Under the pieces are notes generated by a model. The model saw nothing but the letters and a program-made list of their open reading frames with translations, did no database searches and was not told the DNA's origin. Positions 1-14,078 of a DNA stretch of 64,000 bases are shown here, piece after piece. Both the position numbers and the translations under genes were made by a program. The stretch comes from Rhina ancylostomus. Taxonomy: Eukaryota. Positions within the stretch are counted from its first letter, which is position 1. The number at the start of each line of letters is the position of its first letter. Where the stretch lies: the NCBI GenBank assembly GCA_030265395.1, contig JARFYF010000053.1, forward strand, positions 27,670,061-27,734,060, written 5' to 3'.

Positions 1-175
1 GCTGGAGGAACTCAAGTGGGTCAAGCAGCATCTGTGGGAGGAAAAGAATTGTCAATGTTTCAGAGGGAAACTCTACGCCCTGATGCAGAGTTTCAATCCA
101 AAACATCAACAGTTCCTTTCCTCCCACAGATGCTGCTTAACCCACTGAGTTCTTCCAGCAGATGGTTTGTTGCTT
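1..175. mobile_element. Palindromic Penelope-derived non-autonomous element (~160 bp hairpin) with degenerate hammerhead-like core
   Basis: 1-60 is a near-perfect reverse complement of 101-159 (gctggaggaactca..gcagcatctgtgggagg / cctcccacagatgctgc..tgagttcttccagc). The centre has ctgatgc..aaaacatc. The same family recurs at ~14.0k, 18.4k and 50.5k. Confidence 0.7.
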
Positions 176-214
176 CAGGAAGTGAGAGATTTGGACTGTG
201 ATTGACACTTGGTT

Positions 215-480
215 AAAAAAGTGGGTTTTGAGCAAGTTTTTAAAGAATGAGGGAGCAGTGGATAGGCGACATTGTTTAGAAAGAGGATTTTATAGTCTAG
301 GATCACTGGCTGTGACAAAATGAAAAATATGTACAAAGTCCAGAATAGGAACAACTGGTATAGTTGCAGAGTTAAATGAGCAAGGCCATGCGACTTCTGA
401 AAAACAAGGGTTAGGATTTTAAACTGATATTATTAGAGCTCAAAGGATAAGTCAGGAAGGACAGGGGCAACAGCTGAATG
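215..480 (-). mobile_element. Degenerate L2-like LINE 3' fragment
   Basis: Purine-rich tract resembling the reverse complement of L2 ORF2/3' ends. A similar tract lies at ~29.3-29.56 kb. Recognised by eye only. Confidence 0.35.
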
Positions 481-3400
481 GAATACACAGCAATGTTTCA
501 TGTTTGGTGGAGATTTGTAAGTTAGTGTGGAGAGTGAACTGCAGAGGTAAGAACAAGAATTTCAAAAAACGACTTGAAATAGTGCAGTGAGAGATATAAA
601 GGTTTTTTTTAGAGAAGATATGAGAACACACAGTATATCTGGCTGTAAACCATCCAGTTCAGCCCGAGACAATGGCCCAAAGGGTGCTGTCGCAGATATA
701 GAGCACGTAGATAAGAAGTTCAAGCTGGCTCTCAGCTGTGATTTGATACTCTGCTGAATTCAAAGCTCTAAGGTATTTCATTCAACTGCTGAAACATGCA
801 CACTGCTATGGTGTTTTCCTAATAGATCTTCGCATTGTAATGACACCTACTTGCCTCTTGCTATTGAGACACTATAAGTTGATGACATCTAGTGGCCTTG
901 GAAGAGCATTCACTGTGAGTTAATAAAAGGCAAAAGAGAAAAAAAAATCTGCTAACCTGGAAGAAAAACAGAAAGAGCTGGAAGGGTCAGAATTTGCTGT
1001 GACCAGGCATTTCCTGTTAGTTGATCTTGATCCCTCACCTCACTCCTGGCTTTAGTCATATCACTCCAGAAATTCAACTAAGTACTTTCGCTGGACAAGT
1101 TAGTGTATGTGACTCAGAGCGCTCATTTTTGGGCATTCTCAGGACAACCATATCCCGTTACTTTTCTCCACTTCTTTAGGACCATTCTCACTAGCTTCAT
1201 ACTAATGCTCTCAATTCCCATGGTCCCCAAACACCCCAAGCCCTGACACTCCCAATCAGCCCAGACCCCCACCCTCTCCTCAACACGTTGACCTCCCACT
1301 ATCAGGACTTTATGCGCCCCAGTCTCCCCTTGGTTCAACTGGTCCCAAATCCCTACTCCCTACCACTCTGATCAGCCCAGACCTCGGCTCTCAACTCCCC
1401 AATCACTCTGACACTGCAAACTCCCTGACCTCATATTCACTCCAAATGCCAATGTCCTAAACTCTCCAAATGATGCCCTGATTTTTCCACTCTATGATGC
1501 AGAAATCTCCAATTAGCTACCAGTATCGGCTCTCACCCCCAAATCTCCAGGCTGAGGCACTATATTTTCTTTCACGTCTTCCATGGCACGCAAAGTGAAG
1601 TACAACCGCAAATGAGCCACATCCAAGGCCCACGTTAAGTTTCCAGTTTCAGAAACGCTACAAAATAATCATTGGCATTCCAGAAAATTACCCTATGGTG
1701 AACCTTTTTCTACACACATTAATTTCTAAACAATTAAATTTTAAATCTGAACTTTCTGAAAACGACTCAAAGAAATGAGGCATTCACTAGTTAATTTTGA
1801 TGCAAGAAGGTTGATTGACAGTTACAGGCAATTATCATGTTGTCAGAAATGACCCATACAACTTATTATCTGCAACTTGTTCACCAAATGTGGCTAAAGT
1901 ACCTAACCCACAAATACAGTAACATTTATGACATTCAATGCTTATCAATGCAGACAGCAAGATGTTACTTTCCTAAGCATAGTGGCAGAGCAGAGTAACT
2001 CACACAAAAAATTTTGGAAAATTTACCTTTAACCAAACTGCTATTCCTCACTGGAGGTTGCTGCATATTTATACATAAATAATGGCAAATGTCATAAGTC
2101 TCACTGTTACTTCAACTATAACTTTTGACCAAAGAGTTCAGCCGGGTTAAAGAGAAAAGTTAATACTTGAGGTTGAGTCTTTAAACAAAACTAATGTATT
2201 AGCTCATCATTTAACAGTTGCAGCTTACATTTCTGTAGTCCTCATTATCTGCAGGGAGATAGCTGAGAGTTGTGGACAAGATGATAGATAGTAAATCCAC
2301 AGAGGAGAAAGGGGGCTGGAGCTGCCATGGTTGAAGAGATTTCTTTGAAGTTGCTGATGAAAGCAGAAGGGATGGTGACAAGACAAAGGGAGCCTGCTCC
2401 AGAATGCAGGCATATGATGTCTGAAGGTGCACGGTTTATGAGTGCTGGGGTACTGGGGATTCAGTAATAAGATTACCACAGACACAGAACATAGATGAGA
2501 GGCACAAAAGAGTTTGTACATGCAAAAAGGGTAAAATACTGTAAAATCTATGTAGCTGGGAAGACTGCAGAAAAAGTGTGATGAGACCAGATAGTGATTT
2601 GAGGTTGAGGATGATGATGAATGGCAGAGGTCAGTGGGCCTTGACAAGGGTAGAGATATGTCAGTATGAGTAACTACAATTCTTATTTCAAGTTTTAACA
2701 AACACACAATGAAGCCCCTTAAATATATGTTTAATTTTTATTCTTATCCCTTAAGAACTTTCACTTTAAAACATTGTTCATTCACAACTGGGATTTTGGT
2801 TGGAAACCGTTGAAAACCTCAAAGTTGAACACATTTAGTCTAACAATGAAACCAAGTATAGTGACTTAAATTTGAGTCATTCACCATGTACGTTAGGATT
2901 TGCATTTTAAAAAAATTTAAAATAAAGGCTTTAGATTACAGTATTTAATAAATTCATGCTTAAACATCTGAACTGTGTTACCCTGACAAAAGGAAACATC
3001 TTGAGGAGATGTCTATGAGAAGCTTTTGTTTGCTTTTTCAATCTGCCTTTTGCTTGTCCCACAGCAGCAGCCATCCCGTCCAGCCACAAACTGTAGTTTA
3101 AAGTTAGCAATGCACACAATCAACTAACAGCTTGTGCCAGTAAATAGCATAAACATAACTCACCTGTACTGCTAGCCTTGTTAAACTCAGATCCTTGTAG
3201 TAAATCGGATTTCTTTTGGCACTTCACAATTTGCTTGTATGTTCCACTGTTGCTTGAACTCGTCTGTGCCATAACTGGCTCCAAAAACATCTGGGAAATA
3301 AGCAGTGCCATAAAATAGATTTGTTTGGCCTGCTCACTGCTGGGACAGTGGAAAAGGCACGTGACACAGGAAATGATTCAGTGCAATTCCAGCCTCAAAA

Positions 3401-6400
3401 AAAAATTACTACAGGATCCAGCTATTTCTTAGCTGTGGTCTTATACCAAACTTGCTTTACAAAGATGAACACTGGTCAAAAGATTCATGGCCACAGTGTT
3501 TTATTGTTTTTGCTGTCCTGAAGTCTCTTGAACCGTGGCCACATTACAACCTAGTGCCAACTGGATGGACTAAAACATCCAGGTCTAGAAGTTTAATCAT
3601 GTTGTACTTTCTTTTATGTGCTATATGACCAATTAGAAGCGGAAAATCGGTCAGAGTGGGCAATGTGAAATTGAACCCTGGACTTCCTGGGCAAGATGTG
3701 CTTACTTGTGGAAGTTGTTGAGTGTTGACTAATATTGTCAATCATTTGACTTCAGTGCTGTGGGATTAGAATGTGTATGTTTGCTGAGGAGACCAATGAG
3801 AAGAAGATGGCCTGATTGATTGTAAAGGGTCATATGTTATCTGAGCTGCTGTTGGGGAGCCAGTCACTGAAGTCAGTTATGAAACCTTCTCTGGTGGACT
3901 ATAAGTGTTCCAGGGAAGGCCTTCTTTCCCAGAGTTTAGAGTGTGGCTGCTCTTATCTCTAATCTACTACTGCTGGTTTGAGCATTCCATTGAAAACCAC
4001 CTCCGTAACTCTCCCTATGCCAGAAAATCCCATTTATAAGCTTGAACTTCCAGCATAAGTTTATAACTTGTGCAAGGTTGTTGTGTATAACTGTGCTGAT
4101 GGCTTAGGATTTGATTATGTGCATGACTCTTAACATATCCTGCTCCTGAGAAAACTGCTTCTCTGCAGCCCTGCAAGAAATGGGTTCCATGCACAGTTTG
4201 ATTTTAGCACCCATTTCAATGTGGATTAACATTTCTAACCCACAAATTCCAGATGTATACAGCAGGCTCATCAGTAATTGGAAAGAAGAAAGGCAGGTCA
4301 TGTACTAAGGCCCTCTCGCCCCTTTAACTTACTCTAGAATTTAGATGGAATACTCTGTGCCTTAACAACATCATAATAACCTTTGCCTGACAAATACTGG
4401 AAATTTGAAATAAAAATAAAAAATGCTGGGCACACACAGTAGGTCTGGCTGTGGAAAAAGAAACAAAATTAATGTTTCAGGCTAAAGACCTTTTGTCAGA
4501 ACTCTGAATTTTATGCATTTTCTGTTTTTATTCCAAAAATCCATTAACCTCTGTTTCAAAATTTTCAGTTGACCTAATCTTTTTGGGGAAGTTTGCTAGT
4601 TTTTAGATCTGTATAAAATGCCCAGAATATGAACTATGGAAAAAGCTTTTCACCCCAAAACTTATCTTTTCAAGGCCTGACTGATTTGGTGTGAATTTCC
4701 AGTATTTTTCTTCCCATTGCAGTTTTCCAGAAGCCACAGTTTTCTTTTCATCACAACTTGTCAAATAGCTATGAAGAAGTCCTTGCAAGATTGTTTCTAG
4801 ATATCCAGGTCCAGAGAAGACTCTGCAGCACACAGCTGTTATGGTTAGGTACATAGTAGGAATGTAATCAATTCCACACTGGGCAATGCTTCCAATGGGT
4901 GAATCATTGATTCACAACAAAATATCATTGCCTCAAAAATACCCTCTAAGTCATGTACAATTTTGATAAAGATATAGATTGCCGCCCCTTTNNNNNNNNN
5001 NNNNNNNNNNNNNNNNNNNNNNNNNNNNNNNNNNNNNNNNNNNNNNNNNNNNNNNNNNNNNNNNNNNNNNNNNNNNNNNNNNNNNNNNNNNCCCCTTTGT
5101 TGTCACTGATGCTACATATTTGAAACTGGGCTGTGAGCAAGACTGGGATTACTGATAAATTTTAACTACTATAAAAACTGTAAAATACTACGGTATGTAT
5201 TTCTTCAAGGATCAGCAAGGCACAATAACGCATGGTTATATATATGATGTAGTGACACTTTATACCCATGTGATTTATTGTGTATAAATATGTCATATTG
5301 CATTCCATCTTTAAAACAAGTGCGTAAACACTCTCCACATATGGATATTGTCACTACAGATTCAGTCTACTGACTATACTGGCTTCCTCAATAATTTGAC
5401 TTCTGCCGTTATATGCCCGTCTCTGACATTGCATTGACTTTTTAAACTGGATGCCATATTGCAACTTGATGTATGAGAACAATCACTTGTTGAGTTGATA
5501 AGGAGGTTCTTATCCACACCCAACCTACAACATAACGAATTTGCTGACAAACTTGATTCCTGCCACATGCCTACATAGGTCTTGGGACATTGGCAAGATA
5601 GCATTCACGACCAACTGCCTCATTCAAACAGACTATCACGTCCACTTTAGCTAAAACTACTGTTGGAGTTGCCCACTTGATTTGAATTACTTTTTTTCTA
5701 GTTTCATGAAGTCTTCTTCCACTTAGCATTTCAAGGAGTAAAGAACTAGCTTTGCTGTGCAGTAGACTGGTTTAACACAAAACAATCCATTTACATGCCT
5801 TGAATCCAATGATCCCTAAATAGATACCTTTGAAAATGGAATTATATTTGTACAACAGTGTATGTATTCAGGACACTTGAATACCTGAGTCCCAGTTGTG
5901 TTTCAACCTTAAACAAAATAGGGCACTCAGTATATTCAGCTACAACCAATGGCAAAATAAACTACCACTGTAACATATCATACATTGGTTCTGTCGCAAT
6001 ACCTTCAAAACTACTCATAAATAAGCTTTGAGACTGATTATGCTCCTTGCTTAGAGTATGCAACTAAACTTCTTTTCATATGTATCCTTCGCCATAATGG
6101 AACAATCTACCTGTGCGTCTATCTACAATACTAATTACTTGCCATCAGTAAGGCCTCTGACCTTAAGACTCATCATGAACATGGATGCAATATAAATTAA
6201 ATTGTGTATTATTTGCATAGGCTATTTGATTGCACAAATTGTCTATTTGTAACTTTTTATTAGAGAAATTTCTGTTCTATGCCAGTGTTGCATTAGAAAA
6301 AGCATTGCTATCTGTTAGCTCGTATGTTGATTTTCTTTTCCTCATTAACAGATCATCCACAGCCCTTTGAAGTAAAGGATTCCAAAGATATACAACTCTT

Positions 6401-6429
6401 TGCAAAAAGCAATTTTTCTTCCTCTTAGT

Positions 6430-7620
6430 CCTAATGTATTCTTCTCAAAGTTTGCCCCCGGTTTGGGCTCCTCACTGAGGAGAAACAGCCATTTGGTATC
6501 TGTCAATCTTTGCCTGAACCTTGTGATCACAATGGAGACACTTGTTTTCTAATTCCATTGAGCACAAGCCAAGCTTCCTCAGTCAGTCTTCATTAGGCAT
6601 CCTCTCAGGAAATAATCTTTTAAATCTACTCTACAGTAACTCCATTGCAAGTATATCCTTTCTCAGACATGAAGACCAAAGCTGCACATAGTACTCCAAA
6701 TGTATCTCACTGAAGTCCTGTACAACCTAAGGAAGATTTCCTTCCTTTTTTATGCCTATCCCCTTGTAATAAAGGTTAACAAGCCAGTAATTGTCTCTAA
6801 TTACTTGTTTTATTTACCTACATGTTTAATTTCTGCATCTCCTAAAACAACACACCAAGTTTAGATCTCTATGCCCTAAACTAACGCACCAGTTTAGATC
6901 TTTGGCATGATGTAAACTTTCTCAATTGACACCAGTCTGTATCCTCCATTTTCTCCAGCTCTCCATCCAGCCACAGGTGTTCCTTTGTTCTCCCCACCCC
7001 TCCCCCTTCTCTGCAATATAAAACATGCCTAACTACTAAATGTTCCCAATTCTGGCGAGCGGTCCTCAGCCTGAACCATAAATTCTATTTCTCTCTTGAC
7101 AGATGCTACCTAACCTGCTGTGTATTTCCAGTATGTTCTCTTTATATTTCAGCACTGTAAGCTTCCATTATGCTTTAAATATTTATGTTTCTCATTATTT
7201 AACAAATATTCTGTTGCATTATTCTTCCTATCAAAGTGCACAACCTTGAATTTTCTCACTTTGTAAACCATTTGCCACCACTTTGCCCACTCTCCTAACT
7301 TGTCTATATCCTTTGCAGCTTCTTTTGTGTCTTCCTCACAACTCACTTTCCCTTTTACCTTTGGATCATCACCAAGCTTGGATCCATTGCATTAAACAGA
7401 AAATATTGGAAAGATTCAGCAGGTTAGTTAGCATCTGCATAGAAAGAAGCAGAGTCAACATGTCAAATGAACTTTCATTGGATCTCTAGACACATTGCAT
7501 GTTGCCTTTTCACCTAAGTCATTGATATAAATTATGGAGAGCCAAGGGCGCTGTCTCAATCCCTGTGGCATCCCAATGATAACTGTGTGTCAAGTTGAGG
7601 ACCCATTCATCCTTACTCAG
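6430..7620 (-). mobile_element. CR1-type LINE fragments interrupted by Penelope-derived pieces
   Basis: ORF 7149-7346(-) DIDKLGEWAKWWQMVYKVRKFKVVHF is the CR1 RT motif (DLDRLxxWAxxWQMxFNxxKCxVxH). 6660-6780 resembles the reverse complement of the RPHLEYC region. Confidence 0.7.
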
Positions 7621-8334
7621 AAAGGGTTGGAATTTAGTTAATGAGCTGCATCACAATGATGGCTAACCAGCGATTCCAGTGTAGTGCTTATGTGTCAGCA
7701 CATTATAGAGTTCTGTGTGTAATCCTAGATCTAACACTGTCAACTCATTAATTTGAAAGTCGTTGAAAACTTCCATTCTAAGAGTAAATGAAGCTAAGTA
7801 GTTTGATTTGTGATCCTTCATTTTTATTAATATTAATATTTAGTTAATTTACATAACAACTACCTTTATTATTTTTAATGACAATTTTCCTAATTACTTT
7901 AATATATTTCAAATCTTTCCAAATGTCTCCAGTCATCAGATACACGTAGAAATAAAGGCTGGCTCTCATGGCAGTTTTGGATCACTTGAGACCTAATTTC
8001 TGCTTGTAGCCTGTTCCACCTCTTTGGATGATCATAAGAGCAAAGCCTTCAGGATATGAGTCATGGACAAGGTCAAGCAATATTTGGCCCAGTGAAGCAA
8101 GTTGGAGTTTGGACTTAAGGGTGTGAAAAGGGAATTTTAACTTAAGACAACAGCTTAAACAGATGACATCAGACCAACTGCCCATTATGTCTCTCACCCA
8201 ATCTCTGTTTTGAAACTTATCCTGAAGTTTTACGGTGCAAAAGTTAAAATTAATCCATCAATCAAAAACATAAAATGTAGGGAATACACAGTAGGCCAAT
8301 CAACATTTGAAAAACCAGAATGATTAATATTTTA

Positions 8335-8614
8335 GGTTAGCGTAAATCTTTACAGCGCCAGCAACCCGGGTTCAATTCCGGCCACTGTCTGTAGGGAGTT
8401 TGTACGTTCTCCTCGTGTCTGTATGGGTTTCCTCCGGGTGCTCCTGTTTCCTCCCATATTCCAAAGACGTACGGGTTAGGAAGTTGTGGGCATGCTATGT
8501 TGGCGCTGGAAGCGTGGCGACACATGCGGGCTGCCCCCAAGGTACTCTACGCAAAAGATGTATTTCACTGTGTGTTTTGATGTACATGTGACTAATAAAG
8601 ATCTTATTTTATCT
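8335..8614 (+). mobile_element. tRNA-derived V-SINE (HE1-like), copy 1
   Basis: B-box ggttcaattcc at 8369-8379. V-domain gggtttcctccgggtgctcctgtttcctccca..ccaaagac. Tail actaataaagat. Near-identical to copies at 14440 and 42699. Confidence 0.85.
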
Positions 8615-9134
8615 ATAAAGCCAAATATTTTTTATTTGAATAATATGTTTAGTTTCTTATATTGTAGTGTGATTTTGTTCCATGGGATGGTCTAAAGTTT
8701 AAATCTGGTAAGACAAGGTTTCCATCCAGTAACTACATGTGGCAATGATTAGTGTTATAGAATTTAGATACTGGCAACAGCGCAAAGTGTTAGGCAGCCT
8801 CAAGAATAAATTGGTTTTGCTATATCCAAATGCAGATTTAAGGAAACTGATGTGTGAGACTATTAATCTATCACCATTCAATCAATTTGACTTCTTGTTT
8901 AGGAGATTTGATTAGTTTTAGCTGTTTAGCCTGCTGCATGTCTATTGTATACAGGCATCTGTAATATATAGCATTATTGAAGTGTTTATGAGGGAAATAT
9001 TGGACACCCCTTGGTTACTATTATCATACGTAACAGAGGCAGTCAGTGCTGCTAGTGTCAAGCAAGGCCATGTCTTTGCCACAACAATATTTTCAATAAA
9101 TGAAACATGCAGGGGAGCAGATGATTAAGAAGAC

Positions 9135-9520
9135 AAATGGCAAATTGGTTTCCATAGCAAGAGGATTCAAGTACAGGAACAGAGGTTCTTCCTGAATTGT
9201 ACAGATCCTTGGTGAGACCACACCTTGAGTATTGTGTGCAGGTTTATTCTCCTTTTCTGAGGAGGGATGTTCTTGCTATAGAAGGAGTGCGGTGAAGGTT
9301 TACCAGACTAACTCATGGGATGATAGGAATTACGTTTGAAGAGAGATTGGGACAATTGAGCGTACAATCGCAAGAGTTTAGAAGAAAGAAAGGCAATCTC
9401 ATAACAATCTACAAAATTCTGTCAAGACAGGATGACTAGATGCAGGATGGATGTTCTTAATGGTGAACTTGTGGAATTTTTTACCATGGAAGGCAGTGGA
9501 AGCCAAATCATTCAATGCAA
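9135..9520 (+). mobile_element. CR1 LINE 3' ORF2 remnant
   Basis: ttggtgagaccacaccttgagtattgtgtgcag encodes LVRPHLEYCVQ, a CR1 hallmark, followed by a degenerate RRxRGDLI region. Confidence 0.8.
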
Positions 9521-10932
9521 ATTTGATATTTATTTGCTCTTCTCAGAATTTAGCATTTAAGATAAATGAATACTTGTGTTAAAACTAGAACACCTATTAT
9601 CAACAATGATCTTGTGGACCTTGTTTATGCAAATATCCATGGATCAGAAAAAGCCACACATGGCCATATGTTTCTTTTCAAACAAGTACAAGATTTAATT
9701 GTCAAACTACTACAAATTTAGATTGAGTTATAACCTGCCAACCCTCCCAAAAGCCTCTCAGGATTTCTGGGATTGTCTCCTAAAGTTCCATGACTCAAAT
9801 CCAGATTCCAGAAATTTCTTGCTGACAGTGTCTAGCTGTTCTGTGCAACATCAGAGGATAAATATAGATGAGGAAAGCCATTTTAGCTCATTTCTTCAGA
9901 ATAAAGAAAGACTTACATTATCCTATCATGTAATATATCAGGACAACTACTGGGAATAAAAGGCAAATGTTGACTATTTTTAATTTTAGCATGGTGTTTC
10001 CTGTCAACTCATCTAAATATTCATTTCACTAGTTTCACTTTATGCCTCTTAAACTAATATCATTATACTTTGAACTAGTTATCTAATCTTTATATTTAAG
10101 AACTGCGTTTTGTTTTGCTTTAAAGGTAAAGATGTCAATTTATAATTTTTGTTAATAACTTAATCATTCAGTGCTATGGCTCAGACTCATAGACCTTTGC
10201 TGTACTGTTTTCATTGTTTCCCTCACCCAACAGAGCATTCAAGGTGACGTCTGACCTGGTTACTGTTTTAGTATGTCATCACTTGAATGGAATCAACTGA
10301 GTAAAAGGAAATATTCCATTTGTTTTGTTAATTCCTGCTAATAACTATTGTTTTGGAAGCAAAATCAGGACAGGTAGCCTACAACAGTTTTTAGCAGTGT
10401 ACTTGAATCAACAGTTAAATTTAGATCATCAGTTGAGTTTCTATTATTCCCCAACTTCAGAATGTATTCTATCTTTTCTAGAAGTTGTGCTGTGATTCCA
10501 TAAGACTCTTCTTCAAGGTAATAATACAATGCTCATGTTCCTTTTTTAGTAGCTTGTAGCAAAGTAGACAAATTTATGAGCATTTACTGTAATTTTCCAC
10601 CACAGAGCTATTGCCTTCATGAAAAATGGACTTCTTTAGAGTCAATACAAATGAACCTGGAGACCAGCCAGAAGAAATAGAGAGAGCACAGCTGCTATTT
10701 CTTTATCATAGATCTGGCATCTTTTATTCATTAACTCTACTTTCTATGAAAGACTTCAAATGCAATGAGACGAGTTCAATGTTAAGGAATAACAACCTTC
10801 AGTAAATTACCAGCCTTATACATAACGAAATGTTACAAGGTGTGTCATAGTGCCAACTGGAAAGCAAAGATCAGGGGTGAGGAAACAATGACATCTAATG
10901 CTTATTGGATGAATTGCAGCTGCAAAATAATA

Positions 10933-11207
10933 TAAGCCATCCCTGGGTAATGAACAGGTTCCAATTTTACATATATCCACAAGTCAATTTGTCTGTAAGT
11001 TGGAAAATACTCAAAAATCACTTGATATAGTAACTATACCTCCACAGTATCATAATGAATGGCATCAAAAACACAAAAGACAGATAATAATGTGTAAGAA
11101 CTAAAAGTAGAGAAAGGAAATGAATGTCTGACTTTTGAATATTGGGGTAGCTCATCTGTATGTACAGGTGTCTGTAAGTCAGAAGTTTGTAACATGAGGA
11201 CAGCCTG
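10933..11207. mobile_element. Degenerate Tigger/pogo-type MITE
   Basis: The ends (taagccatccctgggtaatgaac / gtttgtaacatgaggacagcctg) are decayed inverted repeats resembling the CAGGCAGTCCCCGGGTTACGAAC type of terminal repeat. Confidence 0.45.
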
Positions 11208-13034
11208 TTCATGTTATCCCTAAATTTTTAAACTAGTTTTATTTTACCATGGGAGAACGGAGAGATACTAAAGTCAGCATCAGGAAACTGAGTTCAAAAT
11301 TGTGAAAGGGTTCCACAGACATTCACATCTAAGAATAGCTAATTGCTGAAGAACCATGGATTAATAGTGAATGGGACAATTTAAATGGGGTGATGACACT
11401 CGTGAGCAAGAGAATCAGTTTTGAGGCTGGGCTAATGGCTATTGAAGCCGATGCATGAGTAGGAAGCTCTCACACAAATTTAAAAGGTTCAAGCATCTTA
11501 TTTGGGGTAAAAGATTGCAGCTGCTTATGTTCCAAATGCTGACACTTTTCAGAGATTAGAGATAATAACCATGTCACTATCATGTATCACTACTCCCCAA
11601 TTCCTGCTGTCAGCTGCAAGATTTTTACAACTGTAAACATTGATTTTATATGGTTTGTGATCTTTTTCCCACATATAGCTTGTGGAGTAACTCATTTAAG
11701 TTGTACATTGACAATGTTTATTTATTCCATGGTTTCATTTTAAGGCCGTGTGAATGGTTGCTATGCTACCACTATATTAAAAAATCAGGGGAAAAAAGGT
11801 GCTTTTTCTACTTTTTGTCTGAGAAACAAATGGCTGCATCTTCCCTGGCCTGATCCAAAAATGGACCAGGTTTTCTGAAGCAGGTTACAAACAATATTTA
11901 CACTCAATGGTTTTGCACTACAGCAAAATTTTAACATCAGTGGTTAACTAAGAGCGGTACCATTGAAGAGAGTGGTATTAAATTGATTGTGTTCCACTTA
12001 ATCAACACCAAACTTTAGTTTGGTCTCAGCAAATGACTGAGGAAAGGGGATGGCAGCAAGGGAGAAAAACTTAGAACATGAGCTTAAAACCTTGACTTTT
12101 GTTTTCCTATGTTCATCTCAGGGATTTTGAATCACCTATGCCCTATTATTGAGCAGGTGATCAAAAAGGGATGTGATGGAGAGGAAATGTTGGATGTCAA
12201 TATATTTTCTTAAAACTATAGGAAAGAGCAAGACTACTGGAGGAATATTGTATAATCAAATATTAAACAATATAGAAATATTTAAGTGGATACAAGGAGA
12301 TATTTTACTGATGTCATAAGAACAAACAATGTTGTTCATTGCTTTATCTCAGCAGCCCTGGTGGGGCAAAGAGACGAAAGTAGAATTGGGATAGGATGGT
12401 ACCTCAGGAAAAATTGTTATAAAAATTTCAATCACTACTTTATTTGAAGAATAGTTAGAGTTTGGGTGGTTCATACATTTTTATATCAGCTAGGTAAGTA
12501 CATGAAGAGAAGGGAAAACAAACAATATTTTAAGATGAAGTAAGAGAAGTAAAATGGGAAAGGGTTCTTCCTGCTGTCTGGTACAGGGAAAGTCATCACT
12601 GTGGGTCCTAGTCAGCTTCTCCCAATGGTCAAAGACCTGCACCCCAAGTTGCAATGTGGATTCTGTCCAGCTAGACAGACAACGCACATGTTTAAGCCAT
12701 ATGACAGCTCCAAGAGAAATGGAGTCAACTGCATCAACCCTTACACATGTCCTTTTTGACCTCACAGAAGTCTTCCACACTGGCAATGACTGGCTTATCT
12801 TTCTCAAATTTTACTCCCCACAGAAATTCGCCCACATCTGATACTTCTTTCACATGGAAGTGCAAGCCATGATCTTAATCACTGGGTTCATATCAGATCT
12901 AATCTCAGTGCAGACTGGTATCAAGCAAGGCTGCATCACTGCCCCAACACTTTGCTCAATCTTCTTCATTGCACCTTATCAACAGCAAGTTTCCTACTGG
13001 TGTAGAACTATTCTATAGGACTAATTAACTCTTG

Positions 13035-13418
13035 CAAATTTCTACAGATGTACCGTGTAGAGCATTCTGACTGGTTGCATCACCATCCGGTAAGGAGGCT
13101 CCAATGTGCAGGCAGTGCCTCAAAAAAGCAGCATCCATCATTAAGGACCCGGGACATGCCCTCTTCTCATTACTACCATTGGGGATGAGGTACCCCAGCC
13201 TGAAGATCCACACTCAACGTTTCAGGAACAGTTTCTTCCCCTCTGCCATTGGATTTCTGAATGGTCCATGAACCCATGAACACTGCCGCATTATTCCTCT
13301 TTTGCACTATTTATTTATTTTTGTAATTTATAGTGATTTTTATGTCTTGCACTGTACTGCTGCCGCAAAACAATAAATTTCACAACATATGTCAGTGATA
13401 ATAAACCTGATTCTGATT
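13035..13418 (+). mobile_element. Rex1/Babar-like LINE 3' fragment inserted in the RTE
   Basis: ttctacagatgtaccgtgtagagcattctgactggttgcatcacc (FYRCT.ESILTGCIT-like) and the tail gataataaacctgattctgattc. The same family occurs inverted at 30327-30547. Confidence 0.7.
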
Positions 13419-13954
13419 CCTACATTGCTTTCACTTCAGAAGCAAGGTCATCATAACTTCAGTCATCGAGCTGCTTGTATGCACCTATATGTGTGCATGT
13501 TCAAAGCCAAGCTCGAAATCACTATCAACTCTTTCAGTGAGAGAATGGGCCTTAGACTTATTATCTGTAAAGGTCTGCTACCAACCTGACTTCATTGTAC
13601 AACACCAACCTCCAAAGCTAAATTCCCAAAACATGACCCTGAAGGAAGTGGACCACTTTCCATACCTCAGGAGCCACCCCTCAGGGGAGGCAGACAACAT
13701 GAAATTCACCATTGCTTCAATGTATCAGCACGGTCTTTGTCTCTGATGAAAAAAGCATTTAAAGATCAAGAGCTCAATCCTGCCACGAAGCTCATGGTCT
13801 ACTGTGTAGCAGTGATCCCTGCCATCTTGTGACATGGACAACTTAAGTAGGCACCCCAGAACAATGAAGAAGGACTTCAAGCACTGCTTCTGCAAAATCT
13901 TTCAAATCCATTGGCAGAATAAGTGTAGTCATGAGAGACTGCACATGCTGAACT

Positions 13955-14078
13955 CTGGAGCAACAACAAAGCGCTGGAGGAACTCAGGTCAGGCAGCACC
14001 TAAGGAGGGAAATGCATGGTTGACGTTTTGAGTCGAGACCCTTCATTTGGACCTGCTGAGTTCATCCAGTGCTTTGAA
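13955..14078. mobile_element. Short palindromic Penelope-derived element inserted in the RTE
   Basis: caaagcgctggaggaactcaggtc and gacctgctgagttcatccagtgctttg form inverted arms. The minus strand carries a decayed atgaagggtctcgactcaaaacgtcaac hammerhead-like core. Confidence 0.6.

Noticed and set aside
2225-2707. 160-aa minus-strand ORF
   Set aside because: No recognisable domain or splice context; possibly a very decayed L2 endonuclease region, which I cannot support firmly.
8341-8400. tRNA-like B-box (also at 14490 and 42740)
   Set aside because: SINE heads with no cloverleaf; not tRNA genes.
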